A DNA stretch of 64,000 nucleotides from a bacterium (GTDB lineage: Bacteria > Krumholzibacteriota > Krumholzibacteriia > G020349025): NCBI GenBank assembly GCA_031362565.1, contig JANLSU010000070.1, positions 47,608 to 111,607 of the forward strand, read 5' to 3'. Positions 20,135 through 30,168 of the stretch are shown piece after piece; the stretch's first letter is position 1, and each line of letters opens with the position of its first letter. Made by a program: the position numbers and the translations under genes. The notes beneath the pieces are model-generated. The model did no database searches. It saw only the letters and a list, made by a program, of their open reading frames with translations, and was not told the DNA's origin.

Positions 20135-21613
20135 ATGTCCGAGTCTTCATTGCCACCGCCCGACGAAGCGGTTCCGAACGACCCAGCAGCGAGCGAGACG
20201 CACGCGGAGCCGGCGCCGTCGGTGCATGCGGCCAAGCCTGCCGATCCCGCCCCGAGCGCCGCCATTGCCTTGGACGATGGCGCCACCGCGACCGCCGAAG
20301 CCGCTCCCATCGAGGAACCGTTCGTCCAGGAACTCGAAGTGCGCGCCGCGCCGGAGCCGCTGCCTGGCGTGCTCGCCGCCGGGCAGAAGGTGCGCGGCAA
20401 AATCTTGTCGGTGGGCGAGGAACACGCCATCGTCAGCTTGAGCGGCCGCCCGGATGCCATTCTCGCGACGCGTGAATTCCGCACCGCCGACGGAACGCTG
20501 TTGCTCCGCGTCGACGACTCGGTCGGAGCCGTGGTACAGACCGCCGACGTGCCCATCGTGCTGACGCTCGACAAGCGGCGCGCGATCCTGAATGCGGCGC
20601 GTTTGCGCATCGCCCACGAAGAGAAGAAACCGGTGACCGGTGCCGTGCGGGCCCTGAACAAGGGCGGTTACGAAGTGCGGGTGGCCGGAGTGCGTTGTTT
20701 CTGTCCGCTGTCGCAGATGGACTCGGGACTCGGCGCCGACCCGCAGAGCCACGCCAACCAAACCTATGCGTTCCGCATCTTGCGTTGGGAGAACGGCGGC
20801 CGCAGCATCATTTTATCGCGGCGCGCCATCCTCAAGGAAGAAGCGGCCGTGAAATCGACCGAGACGCGCAAGAAACTCGAAGTCGGCGCGGAATTCGACG
20901 GCGTCGTGACCCGCGTGCAGCCGTTCGGTGCATTCGTCGATATCGGCGGGCTGGAAGGACTGTTGCATGTGTCGCGCATGGGCCGCGGCCATGTGACCGA
21001 TCCGGCGGCGATCGTCGCGCCGGGCCAGCCGGTTCGCGTCAAGGTCACCAAGATCGACGACCCGGGCACACGCAAGGAACGCATCGGGCTCGCGGCCACC
21101 GATCTCGGGCCCGATCCGTGGACCGCGCTGCCGGAGACCCTGCGCGAGAACAGCGTCTTGCGCGGCCGCGTCATGCGCCTCACTGAATTCGGTGCCTTCG
21201 TCAATCTGGTGCCGGGTATCGACGGACTCGTGCATGTCTCCGAACTCGAGCGCCGCACCGAGAGCGAAGGTCCGCCGCTCGAGCCGGGACAGGAAATCGA
21301 AATCCGAGTCACGCGGGTCGATCCGGAGAAACGGCGTGTGTCGTTGTCGCTGCGGCTGGAACCGCCGCCGCCGCGCGCCGCGATGCGCGACCGCGACGGC
21401 GACGTCGCCCACGAAGTGCGGGCGCCCCGCCCGCCGCGCGACGCCGGCCGTCCGCGCCAGGACCGGGATCGAGACCGCGATCGGGATCGAGATCGTGATC
21501 GGAACGCACGGCCAAACCGCGAGACCGCGCCCTTTGCTGACGGCGGATCGCTGACGCACAACATGGCCGACCAACTCGGCGCGCTCAAGGCCAAGCTCCG
21601 ACTGCCCCAGTGA
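20135..21613 (+). CDS. ribosomal protein S1-like protein with about four S1 domains
   Basis: NKGGYEV..CFCPLSQ; FGAFVDIGGLEGLLHVS; FGAFVNLVPGIDGLVHVSEL; RRVSLSLR. Confidence 0.85.
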   Translation: MSESSLPPPDEAVPNDPAASETHAEPAPSVHAAKPADPAPSAAIALDDGATATAEAAPIEEPFVQELEVRAAPEPLPGVLAAGQKVRGKILSVGEEHAIVSLSGRPDAILATREFRTADGTLLLRVDDSVGAVVQTADVPIVLTLDKRRAILNAARLRIAHEEKKPVTGAVRALNKGGYEVRVAGVRCFCPLSQMDSGLGADPQSHANQTYAFRILRWENGGRSIILSRRAILKEEAAVKSTETRKKLEVGAEFDGVVTRVQPFGAFVDIGGLEGLLHVSRMGRGHVTDPAAIVAPGQPVRVKVTKIDDPGTRKERIGLAATDLGPDPWTALPETLRENSVLRGRVMRLTEFGAFVNLVPGIDGLVHVSELERRTESEGPPLEPGQEIEIRVTRVDPEKRRVSLSLRLEPPPPRAAMRDRDGDVAHEVRAPRPPRDAGRPRQDRDRDRDRDRDRDRNARPNRETAPFADGGSLTHNMADQLGALKAKLRLPQ

Positions 21614-21680
21614 CCCGCGGCGACCGCACCGCAATCTGCTACATTTTGCCCTTCGACGCCGCAGCCGTCCGGAGGTTCCG

Positions 21681-22646
21681 ATGGTCATTCGCAAGCTGAG
21701 CGCGCGCCAAAAAGTGATCGCGACCGCCAAGTACCTCGGCAATCGCGTTCAGGGGCGCCCGATGCTCGTAACCATCGAAATGACCAAGCACTGCAATGCC
21801 GGCTGCGACTTCTGCGATGACTGGAAGACCAAGCACAGTCCGAAACTGGGCGATGTCGTCGATATGGTGCGCCGGCTGAACCCGATGGTGCTGGCGTTCA
21901 CGGGCCGCGAACCGCTGCTCGAGAACCGCTTGGCGGAGATCATCCGCGACGTCAAACAGGCGCAACGTTTTGTCTACACGTACATCGTCACCAATGGCTC
22001 GTTGCTCACCGAGCAACGTGCCGGCGACCTGTTTGACGCCGGCCTCGACCAATTGTCCATTTCCCTCAATTACCTGGACGAACGGCAGGACACGGAGCGC
22101 AAGATTCCGGGCCTGTGGAAGCACATCTCGACGCTCATTCCGGTGCTCGCGGCCAAGGGGCACACGGTGCTCACCAACACCGTGATCATGCGCGACAACC
22201 TCGACCAAATCGCGCCGATGGCCCAACAGACGCAGGCGTGGGGCGCGCAGGTGTCATATAGCTGCTATACCCATTTCAAGAACGGCAATCGCGGCCATTA
22301 TTTTTCGCCGGCCCAGGTCGCCAGCCTGAAAGCGGTGGTGGCACGGCTCGTCGAGCACAAACGCACCGTGGGAAACATCACGAATTCCCGCTTCTATTTG
22401 GAGCGCATCGTCCCATACTTCAGCGATCCGGATGGGATTCAGGGTTGCCAAGCCGGCAATCAGTTCGTGCAATTGACGCCGGACGGCCAAGTGCGCCAGT
22501 GCGCCGATTTCGCGCCCTTCGTGCACTACACCGAGTACAAGGGAATGCGGCCGACGAACTGCACGCGATGCTGGTACGCGTGCCGCGGCGAATCGGAAGC
22601 CTCGCTCACGCTCGGGCGCGCCGCCGAGCTCCTGCAACGGACTTAG
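21681..22646 (+). CDS. radical SAM protein with C-terminal SPASM/twitch-like cysteines
   Basis: CNAGCDFC, TNGSLL, CQAG...DGQVRQC...CTRCWYAC; GGAGG RBS. Confidence 0.88.
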   Translation: MVIRKLSARQKVIATAKYLGNRVQGRPMLVTIEMTKHCNAGCDFCDDWKTKHSPKLGDVVDMVRRLNPMVLAFTGREPLLENRLAEIIRDVKQAQRFVYTYIVTNGSLLTEQRAGDLFDAGLDQLSISLNYLDERQDTERKIPGLWKHISTLIPVLAAKGHTVLTNTVIMRDNLDQIAPMAQQTQAWGAQVSYSCYTHFKNGNRGHYFSPAQVASLKAVVARLVEHKRTVGNITNSRFYLERIVPYFSDPDGIQGCQAGNQFVQLTPDGQVRQCADFAPFVHYTEYKGMRPTNCTRCWYACRGESEASLTLGRAAELLQRT

Positions 22647-22659
22647 GAAGGCGCCGCGC

Positions 22660-23994
22660 GTGCGAATCCCCGTCGCGATCCTGATCGGCGCTTTGGCGCT
22701 GGCGCCGTCTGCAGGCGAGGCACAGACTGCCGCGCCTCCCACGGCAGCGGTTGCGAAAGATTCCATTCCCCAGCGCGTCGAGCCGGGCCTTGCAGATCGC
22801 GCCCGGCGCTACGCGCGGCCGACGCACGAGAAGATCGCGCTCTTGCCGGCACACCTGCTGCGCCTGCCCTTCAAGATCGTCAACTACCCGCTCGAGCACT
22901 ATCTGATTCACAAGGAACCCGGCCCGGTAACGGTGTACGCCGGCCGGTTCGTGACGAAAATCGGTACGCACGGTGTCGACGTGCGTCTGCAGGGTCAAGG
23001 CTCGGGCTCGGGAGTCGGCGCGCTGGTCGCGTACCAGTTCCCGGGCCGATGGACCGCCAGCGTGCCGCTCCGAATCTCGGGAGCGACGACGGTGCGCGGC
23101 TACGACCAGATTGCGATCGGCCTCGACTCGCTGCACATCGGCACCGCATTGGGCGCCGTGCGCCTGCAATACAGCGAGCGCCCACAGGAGGATTTCTTCG
23201 GCCTTGGCCCGCGGAGCGCCAAGACCGACCGCACGACCTACCAGCAAGACGAGTGGCTCGCGCAAGCCCAAGGATCCGTGCGGCTCGCGTCGCGCCTGCG
23301 GCTGGCCGCCGACATCGGCCTCACGCGGCATGACATCGGGCGCGGCCGCGACGCCGATTTCCCCACGGTTCTGCAGCGTTTTCCGGCCAGTTTCGCCGGC
23401 GTCCAAGGCCGGTTCGAATTCTTGGACTGGGGAGCAGGCCTCGTCTATGACTCGCGCGATGTCGCGACGTACGCGCGCCACGGCGAGTGGCTCGCGGCCC
23501 GCGTCCAACTCACCGACGGCCTGGGCGGCACGCAGAACGCTTACACCAAGTACAGCGTCGAAGCGCAGCAATTCGTGGCCCTGCCGGGCTTCCGGCGCTC
23601 GCTTGCCGGGCGTGTACGAGCCGTCGTGACGGACAACCGCGGCGGCAGCGCCGACGTGCCCCTCTTCCGGCTCGAGCGCATCGGTGGCAGCCGTTCGCTG
23701 CGTGGATATCAGGGTTACCGGTTCACCGAACACGATGCGCTCATCGGCACGCTCGAATACCGGTTCCCCATCTGGAGTATCGAACCGGCCAGCGGGGTAG
23801 CGCTCGATGGGGTGGCGTTCTTCGATTTCGGCACCGCGGTTCCGGACCTGCTCGATCTGCAACAGCGCGACCTCCGAAGCGCCGCCGGCATTGGCATACG
23901 CGTCCTCAGCAAACGCGGCCTGGTGTTCAAGATCGACAACGCCTGGAGCCCCGAGGGCTATCGATTCCACTTTGGACTGCGAGGCACATTGTGA
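22660..23994 (+). CDS. Omp85/BamA-TamA family barrel without obvious POTRA domains
   Basis: Signal peptide, FFGLGP, YDSRD, IGGSRSLRGY..YRF, LEYRFP, FFDFG, GIGIR. Confidence 0.85.
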   Translation: MRIPVAILIGALALAPSAGEAQTAAPPTAAVAKDSIPQRVEPGLADRARRYARPTHEKIALLPAHLLRLPFKIVNYPLEHYLIHKEPGPVTVYAGRFVTKIGTHGVDVRLQGQGSGSGVGALVAYQFPGRWTASVPLRISGATTVRGYDQIAIGLDSLHIGTALGAVRLQYSERPQEDFFGLGPRSAKTDRTTYQQDEWLAQAQGSVRLASRLRLAADIGLTRHDIGRGRDADFPTVLQRFPASFAGVQGRFEFLDWGAGLVYDSRDVATYARHGEWLAARVQLTDGLGGTQNAYTKYSVEAQQFVALPGFRRSLAGRVRAVVTDNRGGSADVPLFRLERIGGSRSLRGYQGYRFTEHDALIGTLEYRFPIWSIEPASGVALDGVAFFDFGTAVPDLLDLQQRDLRSAAGIGIRVLSKRGLVFKIDNAWSPEGYRFHFGLRGTL

Positions 23995-25766
23995 CCGGGC
24001 ACGCCACACACAGGGCCTGGGTGCGAGCCGCGTGTCTCGGGTTGGCGCTGGCGCTTGGCGGTTGCGGTCCGCATCCGCGTCTCGCACTCGATCCCGTGCC
24101 GCTGCAAGACGATGATCGGTACGATATTCCGGAACCACCGGCCCTCGTTCGCGATGACTACTACGATCTGGTCGACTACACGTTCTTCAAGCAAATCGAG
24201 CAAGCCGCCGATCTGCCACGCAATCTGCGCCGGCTCGCGGGTAAGCCCAAACAAGCCGACAACGTCACGCCGCTCGACGAGATCCAGGATTCCTCGTGGT
24301 TCACCAATCGGATGGGGCGCCGGAAGCTCACCCCACCGGAGATCGCACAGGGCGGCAACCGGCCCGAAGGCCCCGACATGGCGCACCACTGGACGATCGT
24401 GTCCGGCAAAGCAACCGGGGTCACCCCTGGGTTCACGATTCAAGACGCGAGCGGCGCGCGTTACGTCATCAAGCCGGATCCGATGGATTTCCCCGAGCTG
24501 GCGACCGGCGCCGATATGATCGCGACGCGCCTCTTCTGGGCCGCCGGTTACAACGTCACCGAGGACTATCTGGTACGCGTGCACCCCGAACAGCTCGACA
24601 TCGGGCCCAAAGCGTCCGTGAAACTCCAACTCGGCAAGAAGCGGCCCTTCACCGCCGCCGATCTCGACCGCATCCTGCAGCATTGTCCGCGCGAACCCGA
24701 TGGCAGCATCCGGGTCCTGGCAAGCCGCTTCCTTGCCGGTAAGATCGTCGGCTCGATTCCATTTCTCGGCGTGCGGAAGGGTGACCCGAACGATGTCATC
24801 CGGCACGAACACCGGCGCGAGCTGCGTGGCTACAAGGTGTTCTGCGCCTGGCTCAATCATAATGATTCACGCGAGATCAACTCGCTCGACAGCTATGTGA
24901 ACGAGGACGGCCGCCACTTCGTGAAGCACTACGTACAGGATCTGAATGCGACTCTGGGCAGTGCCAGCATCTACCCCAATCTGCGCAGTGAAGGCTACGA
25001 ATACATCGTCGACTTCGGTGAAATGGGCAAGTCACTCGCAACGCTGGGCCTGTACGAGCGGCCGTGGACGAAGCTCGAGTTCCCGGTGCTGCGCGGCGTC
25101 GGCAAGTTCGAGGCGGCGCATTTCGAACCGTTCAGCTGGAAGCCGAATTATCCCTGCCCGCCGTTCGAGAACATGACGTCGCGCGATGCGTTCTGGGCCG
25201 CCAAGATCATCATGCGCTTCGACGATGCACTGCTCGAGACCGCCGTCAGTACCGCCGAGTACAGTGATCCCGCGGCGCGCGCTTACATGGTCAAGACTCT
25301 GGGTGCGCGGCGCGACCGCATCGGACGTTTCTGGTTCGGACGGGTGAATCCGCTCGACGACTTCGAGATTGTCGAAGCACCGTCGGCCGCCGGCGGCGCC
25401 GGCCTTCTGGGCAAGGTCCTGTCGGGCGCGACCGGCGCCCGGAGCGCCGCACCACGTTCCCTGCGCTTCACCGACCTGGCGTTGATCCATGGCTTCGTGC
25501 CGCCCCGCCGCTACGAAGTGCTCGCCATCGGCCCGCACGGCAAGCGGCTCGGCATGATCGTGACCGATTCGAACGCCGTCGCGATCGATGCGTGGATCCA
25601 AGCCCTCGGCACGCCGGCCGCGGACGATGTCAACGGACGCCTCGTGCGGCTGTCGATTCGTTCGAGCCTGCCCGACTTGCCGACCTGGACTCCCAAGGTC
25701 GACGTGACGCTGTACCTGCAGCCTTCGGGAGCGGTGCGCGTCGCGGCCATCGAACGCGACGAGTGA
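23991..25766 (+). CDS. lipoprotein with atypical kinase-like (HipA/PI4K/CotH-like) motifs
   Basis: Lipobox LGGC; KATGVTPGF, YVIKPD, ELATGA, WLNHNDSREINSL, QDLNATLG; GTGA overlap with Omp85 stop. Confidence 0.65.
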   Translation: MTGHATHRAWVRAACLGLALALGGCGPHPRLALDPVPLQDDDRYDIPEPPALVRDDYYDLVDYTFFKQIEQAADLPRNLRRLAGKPKQADNVTPLDEIQDSSWFTNRMGRRKLTPPEIAQGGNRPEGPDMAHHWTIVSGKATGVTPGFTIQDASGARYVIKPDPMDFPELATGADMIATRLFWAAGYNVTEDYLVRVHPEQLDIGPKASVKLQLGKKRPFTAADLDRILQHCPREPDGSIRVLASRFLAGKIVGSIPFLGVRKGDPNDVIRHEHRRELRGYKVFCAWLNHNDSREINSLDSYVNEDGRHFVKHYVQDLNATLGSASIYPNLRSEGYEYIVDFGEMGKSLATLGLYERPWTKLEFPVLRGVGKFEAAHFEPFSWKPNYPCPPFENMTSRDAFWAAKIIMRFDDALLETAVSTAEYSDPAARAYMVKTLGARRDRIGRFWFGRVNPLDDFEIVEAPSAAGGAGLLGKVLSGATGARSAAPRSLRFTDLALIHGFVPPRRYEVLAIGPHGKRLGMIVTDSNAVAIDAWIQALGTPAADDVNGRLVRLSIRSSLPDLPTWTPKVDVTLYLQPSGAVRVAAIERDE

Positions 25767-28700
25767 TGCGCCTCGAGGCACGGACGCGGGCCGTGGTTTT
25801 CGGGTGCTTTTTCCTCTCCGGTGCTACGGGGCTCGCCTATCAAGCCATCTGGTTCCGGCATCTCCAAGCCTTGTTCGGCGTCACCACCCAAGCGCTCGCG
25901 GTCGTGGTCGCGGCCTTCATGGGTGGACTGGCGGCTGGAGCCTGGGTGTTCGGCGGCATTGCCGATCGCAGCAAGCATCCGCTGCGGTTGTACGGCTGGC
26001 TCGAAATCGGCGTCGCCATTCTGGCGCCGCTCGTCGCTCCGCTCCTCACGGGCATCGAGCGCATCTATGTCGCCCTGCACCCGAGCTTGGCAGAGGCACC
26101 CGTTGCGCTCGCCGCGCTGCGGCTCGGGCTCGCACTCGTCGCACTCTTGGGGCCGACGCTCTTGATGGGCGGCACGCTGCCGGCACTGACGGTGCTCCTG
26201 CGGCGCGAGTCGCCGCCTTCGACATCGCTGCACCGCGATTTGGCGCGTTTGTACGGTCTCAACACGTTGGGTGCGGTGGCAGGCACGGCGTTGGTGGGCT
26301 TCGTCCTGCTCTCGGCGGTCGGATTGCGCCGCACGACGCTCATCGCGGCGGCCGCCAATCTCGTCCTCGGAGCCTTGTGCGTGTGGCGTGGCAGCAAGGT
26401 GTCGCCGCCCGTTGCGGTCGCCGCACCAGCGGGTTCGCTGCCCGGTGCCGGCGCGAGCGCCCTCTCTGCCGGCGAACCGCCACTCGTGCTGCGGCGTTTC
26501 GCGATCATCGCCTTCGCGGTCTCGGGTGGCCTGTCGCTCGTCTACGAAGTCGCGTGGACACGCGTGCTGACGCAAATCGTCGGCAGCTCGACCTACGCTT
26601 TCAGTCTCATCCTGACGGCTTTCCTGCTGGGCTTGGGACTTGGAAGTCTGGCGATCGGTGGGTGGCGCGGCCGCGATCGCGCCGGGTTGGCTGGATTCTG
26701 CGCCGCCGAGCTCGGTATTGGCGCGACTGCCGCCGCCGTCGTGCCGCTCTTCGTTCGGCTCCCGGATCTGCTGCTGCAGGGTTTAGGTAGTGTGCAGTCG
26801 ATCCCAGGCGTGCTCGGACTGCAATTCGCGCTCTGTCTCGGCATCGTGCTCCTGCCGACACTCTGCATGGGCGCGACTTTGCCGCTCGTCGCCGGATTCG
26901 TTGCGGCGGGGCGCCAAGACGTCGGCCACGCCGTCGGCCGCTTGTACGCCGGCAACACCGTCGGCGGCATTGTGGGTTCGATCTTGGCGGGGTTTGTGTT
27001 GATCCCCCACCTCGGCTCGCAGCGCACCCTCGATTTGGCGCTCCTCGGCAACGCCGCAATCGCCGCGTCGGGCTTGGTGCTCCTGGTCCGATTCGGGCGC
27101 CAGACTTCGGCACCGGCGCCCGCGTGGCGTGAACGCCTCACGCCTGCACGCGTGGCGATGGCGACAGTGGCCGTTGGCCTGCTGGTCGTCGGACTCGCAA
27201 CTCCCGCCTGGGACCCCTATGTGCTCGACGCCGGCATTGCGATCGGCGGCCCGCCACTGGCGCGCAGTGATGCCGGGGCGACGGCGCGCGACATCGCGCG
27301 CGGCTCCGACATGCTGTTCTATCGCGAAGGCCGCAATGCCAACATCTCGGTGCGCAAGGACGAGACCCAGTTCTACTTGAAGACGAATGGCAAGACGGAC
27401 GGTACGACACGTGGCGACATGCCGACCCAGCTCATGCTGGGCCTGCTGCCGACGCTCGTGCACCCGGCGCCGGTTCGGACTCTCGTCGTCGGGCTCGGTA
27501 CCGGTGCCAGTGCGCGCGCCGCGGCGCGGGCTCCCAGCGTCGAGCGGCTCGACGTCGTCGAAATCGAGCCGGCGGTCGTCGAGGCGTCGCAGAGGTACTT
27601 TGGCGAAGTGAACTCCGGCTTGTTCGAGGACGCGCGGGTGCATGTGGTCGTGGACGATGCGCGCGCCTTCCTGCGCACGACGCGCGAGCGCTACGACATC
27701 GTGGTCTCCGAGCCGTCCAACCCGTGGATCGCCGGCATCGCCAACCTCTTCAGCGTCGACCACTACGAACGCTGCGCCGCACGCATGGCGCCGGACGGCA
27801 TCATCACGCAGTGGCTGCAGACCTACGCCATGCGCCCCGAACTCGTGCGCATGGTGCTCGGGTCGATGCAGCAGGTGTTCCCGCACCTGCAAGTGTGGAG
27901 TTTCCACTACGGCGACCTCATCGTGCTCGGGAGCCGCACGCCGTTTGCGCCGTTCGATGTCGCCCGCACCGACGCACGGCTCCACGAGTGGGGGCTCGAG
28001 GCCCAAGTCCACGACGTGCTCGGCGTCCATTCAGCGGCCGGGTTGCTGGGCTTCTTCGCCCTCGGCGAGGGCGACATCGCGCCTCTGGTGGCAGGCACAG
28101 AACTCAATACCGAGGACCGGCCGCGGCTCGAGTTCGCCGCGCCGCGCAGTTTGTATTTGTCGACGCGCGACGCGAATGCCGCCCTCTTGGCGCGGGCGCG
28201 CCGGACGCCTTTGCCGCCGCTCGCCGTGACCACCCTGCGCGGCGCCGAGTGGTTGGATGTCGGACGGGCCGCACTCGCGACGCGCCGCACCGATGAGGCT
28301 GCCTTTTGGCTCGGGCGGGCGCGCGCCATTGATTCGCTGCCGGCGGGTGCGGCGGAACTCTTGGCCGGGCGGATCGCCATGACGCGCGGTGCGACGGCCG
28401 CGGCACAGCAGGAATACACGGCCGCGGTGCGGCTTGCCCCCGAAGGGCTCGAACCCGTACAGGAATTGTCGCGCCTCTACTTCATGCAAGGCCAGCCGGT
28501 TGCTAGCGAGTGGCTCGACCGCGCCGGTGCGCCGCGCGCCCTCCTGCAGCGCGACACGGCAGATCTCGCGTTGCAGCTTCTCGAAGCGGCGTTCGAACGC
28601 GGCTCGACCGACAGCGCGTCGAGACTCGTCGCGGCACTCTTTGTGGCAGCCGAGAACCCCGGTGCGGCACCGGGGCTCGATGCCGCATTGCGTGCCCGCC

Positions 28701-29038
28701 TCACGGCCCTCGTCGCCCGCGCCGCACTCGCCCATCGCGATCCGGCGACGGCGGCGGCCCGGGCGCGAGACGCCCTCGCGATCAACGCGCAGTGCACCGC
28801 AGCCTGGCGAGTGCTTGCGGAATTGGAATACCAGGCACAACGTTACCCGGAAGCAATCACCTGGTGGGAACGCCTGGTCGACTTCCGGCAGACGGGCCCC
28901 GAGGTGCTCGTACCGTTGGCGCGCGCCTACCGGCAAGTGGGCCGATTGCACGATGCGCGGCGTGTCGTCCGCCGGGCGCTCGCCCAGGATCCGCGTCAAC
29001 CGGACTTGCTGCGGTTACGCGACGAACTCGGCACCTGA
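25766..29038 (+). CDS. fused multi-TM (MFS-like) / spermidine-synthase-like SAM-dependent transferase with C-terminal TPRs
   Basis: FFLSGATGLAYQ, LYGLNTLGA, GLGTG, VEIEP, DDARAFL, YDIVVSEPSNPW; TGATG overlap. Confidence 0.88.
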   Translation: MRLEARTRAVVFGCFFLSGATGLAYQAIWFRHLQALFGVTTQALAVVVAAFMGGLAAGAWVFGGIADRSKHPLRLYGWLEIGVAILAPLVAPLLTGIERIYVALHPSLAEAPVALAALRLGLALVALLGPTLLMGGTLPALTVLLRRESPPSTSLHRDLARLYGLNTLGAVAGTALVGFVLLSAVGLRRTTLIAAAANLVLGALCVWRGSKVSPPVAVAAPAGSLPGAGASALSAGEPPLVLRRFAIIAFAVSGGLSLVYEVAWTRVLTQIVGSSTYAFSLILTAFLLGLGLGSLAIGGWRGRDRAGLAGFCAAELGIGATAAAVVPLFVRLPDLLLQGLGSVQSIPGVLGLQFALCLGIVLLPTLCMGATLPLVAGFVAAGRQDVGHAVGRLYAGNTVGGIVGSILAGFVLIPHLGSQRTLDLALLGNAAIAASGLVLLVRFGRQTSAPAPAWRERLTPARVAMATVAVGLLVVGLATPAWDPYVLDAGIAIGGPPLARSDAGATARDIARGSDMLFYREGRNANISVRKDETQFYLKTNGKTDGTTRGDMPTQLMLGLLPTLVHPAPVRTLVVGLGTGASARAAARAPSVERLDVVEIEPAVVEASQRYFGEVNSGLFEDARVHVVVDDARAFLRTTRERYDIVVSEPSNPWIAGIANLFSVDHYERCAARMAPDGIITQWLQTYAMRPELVRMVLGSMQQVFPHLQVWSFHYGDLIVLGSRTPFAPFDVARTDARLHEWGLEAQVHDVLGVHSAAGLLGFFALGEGDIAPLVAGTELNTEDRPRLEFAAPRSLYLSTRDANAALLARARRTPLPPLAVTTLRGAEWLDVGRAALATRRTDEAAFWLGRARAIDSLPAGAAELLAGRIAMTRGATAAAQQEYTAAVRLAPEGLEPVQELSRLYFMQGQPVASEWLDRAGAPRALLQRDTADLALQLLEAAFERGSTDSASRLVAALFVAAENPGAAPGLDAALRARLTALVARAALAHRDPATAAARARDALAINAQCTAAWRVLAELEYQAQRYPEAITWWERLVDFRQTGPEVLVPLARAYRQVGRLHDARRVVRRALAQDPRQPDLLRLRDELGT

Positions 29039-29043
29039 TTCGG

Positions 29044-30168
29044 ATGAAAGCTTTGCGCTCGATTCTTGCCAAAATTGCCCTGGCGCTCGGCAGCGCACTC
29101 GCGACACTCGTCGCGGTGGACTTGGTGCTGCTGCTCGTCCAAGGTCCGGTGCGCGTGGTCGAGGACTTCTATGAACCGGCGCCGGACTACGCCTACAAGA
29201 TGCAGCCCAACCTGACGTTCGAGTTCGCGAATCCGTACCACGGCTATCGTGGCACCGTGCACACCAACGCCTTGGGATTGCGCGGCGGTCCGGTCGTGGT
29301 TCCGAAGCCGCCCGGTGTGGCGCGGATTCTTTTCATCGGTGATTCGATGACCGCCGGCCTGGAAGTGAACGAGAACGACACCTTCGAGGCGGTCTGTAGC
29401 CGGCTCTTGGGCGGGGCGCCGCACATCGACGTCGTGAACGCCGGCGTCCGCGGTTACAACCTCGACAACGTCCTGGCTTTCCTGCAGAACGTTGGCATCG
29501 GCCTCGAGCCGGACCTCGTCGTCTACACCTTCGTCGACAACGATTTGACCGCGAACGCGGACTTCAGTCCGGAGACGAGCGATTGGTCGCGCGGGTTGAC
29601 CCTGTCGGGACTCGCCGGGCGGATCGCGGCCTACTCACACCTGACGTACCGATTCCAGTTGCTGCAACAGCAGATCACGTTGCGCCGCCAGACCGACAAC
29701 AAGCAGAACGAACGCGTTTATGTGCCGCGCGGTCTCTACGCGCTCTTCACGACCACGACATACTTGACCGACGCGTCGGCGGTCTTGACCGGCCAGCGCA
29801 TCGCTTACATGGATTCGCTGTGCCGCGTGCACGGGGCGCGCTTCGTCCTCGCCGGCGCGCCGCACCGGCTGGAGATTTCGCCGCCGGCTCAGGACTGGCT
29901 GCGCCAACAACTGCTGAAATCGACCGCCGCCGACGCCGCAGCCGCACCGGACTTCGACGGCGTGCGCCGTTACCTCGATTGGGTCGCCGAGCGCGCCGGC
30001 TGTGCGCGCGTCGACCCCATCCCCGCCTTCCGCGCCGGGTTGCCGCAGGCTCGCGACTACTGGTTCCACAAGGACGATCACTTGAACGTGCGGGGCCACC
30101 GGCTGTTCGGCGAGATCATGGCGGAAAAGTTGCGGCCGCTCTTGCCGGCCGGATCCGCGCCGCGCTAG
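29044..30168 (+). CDS. membrane-anchored SGNH/GDSL (AlgX/AlgJ-like) hydrolase or acyltransferase
   Basis: TNALGLR, IGDSMT, NAGVRGY, FVDND, DDHLNVRGH. Confidence 0.85.
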   Translation: MKALRSILAKIALALGSALATLVAVDLVLLLVQGPVRVVEDFYEPAPDYAYKMQPNLTFEFANPYHGYRGTVHTNALGLRGGPVVVPKPPGVARILFIGDSMTAGLEVNENDTFEAVCSRLLGGAPHIDVVNAGVRGYNLDNVLAFLQNVGIGLEPDLVVYTFVDNDLTANADFSPETSDWSRGLTLSGLAGRIAAYSHLTYRFQLLQQQITLRRQTDNKQNERVYVPRGLYALFTTTTYLTDASAVLTGQRIAYMDSLCRVHGARFVLAGAPHRLEISPPAQDWLRQQLLKSTAADAAAAPDFDGVRRYLDWVAERAGCARVDPIPAFRAGLPQARDYWFHKDDHLNVRGHRLFGEIMAEKLRPLLPAGSAPR

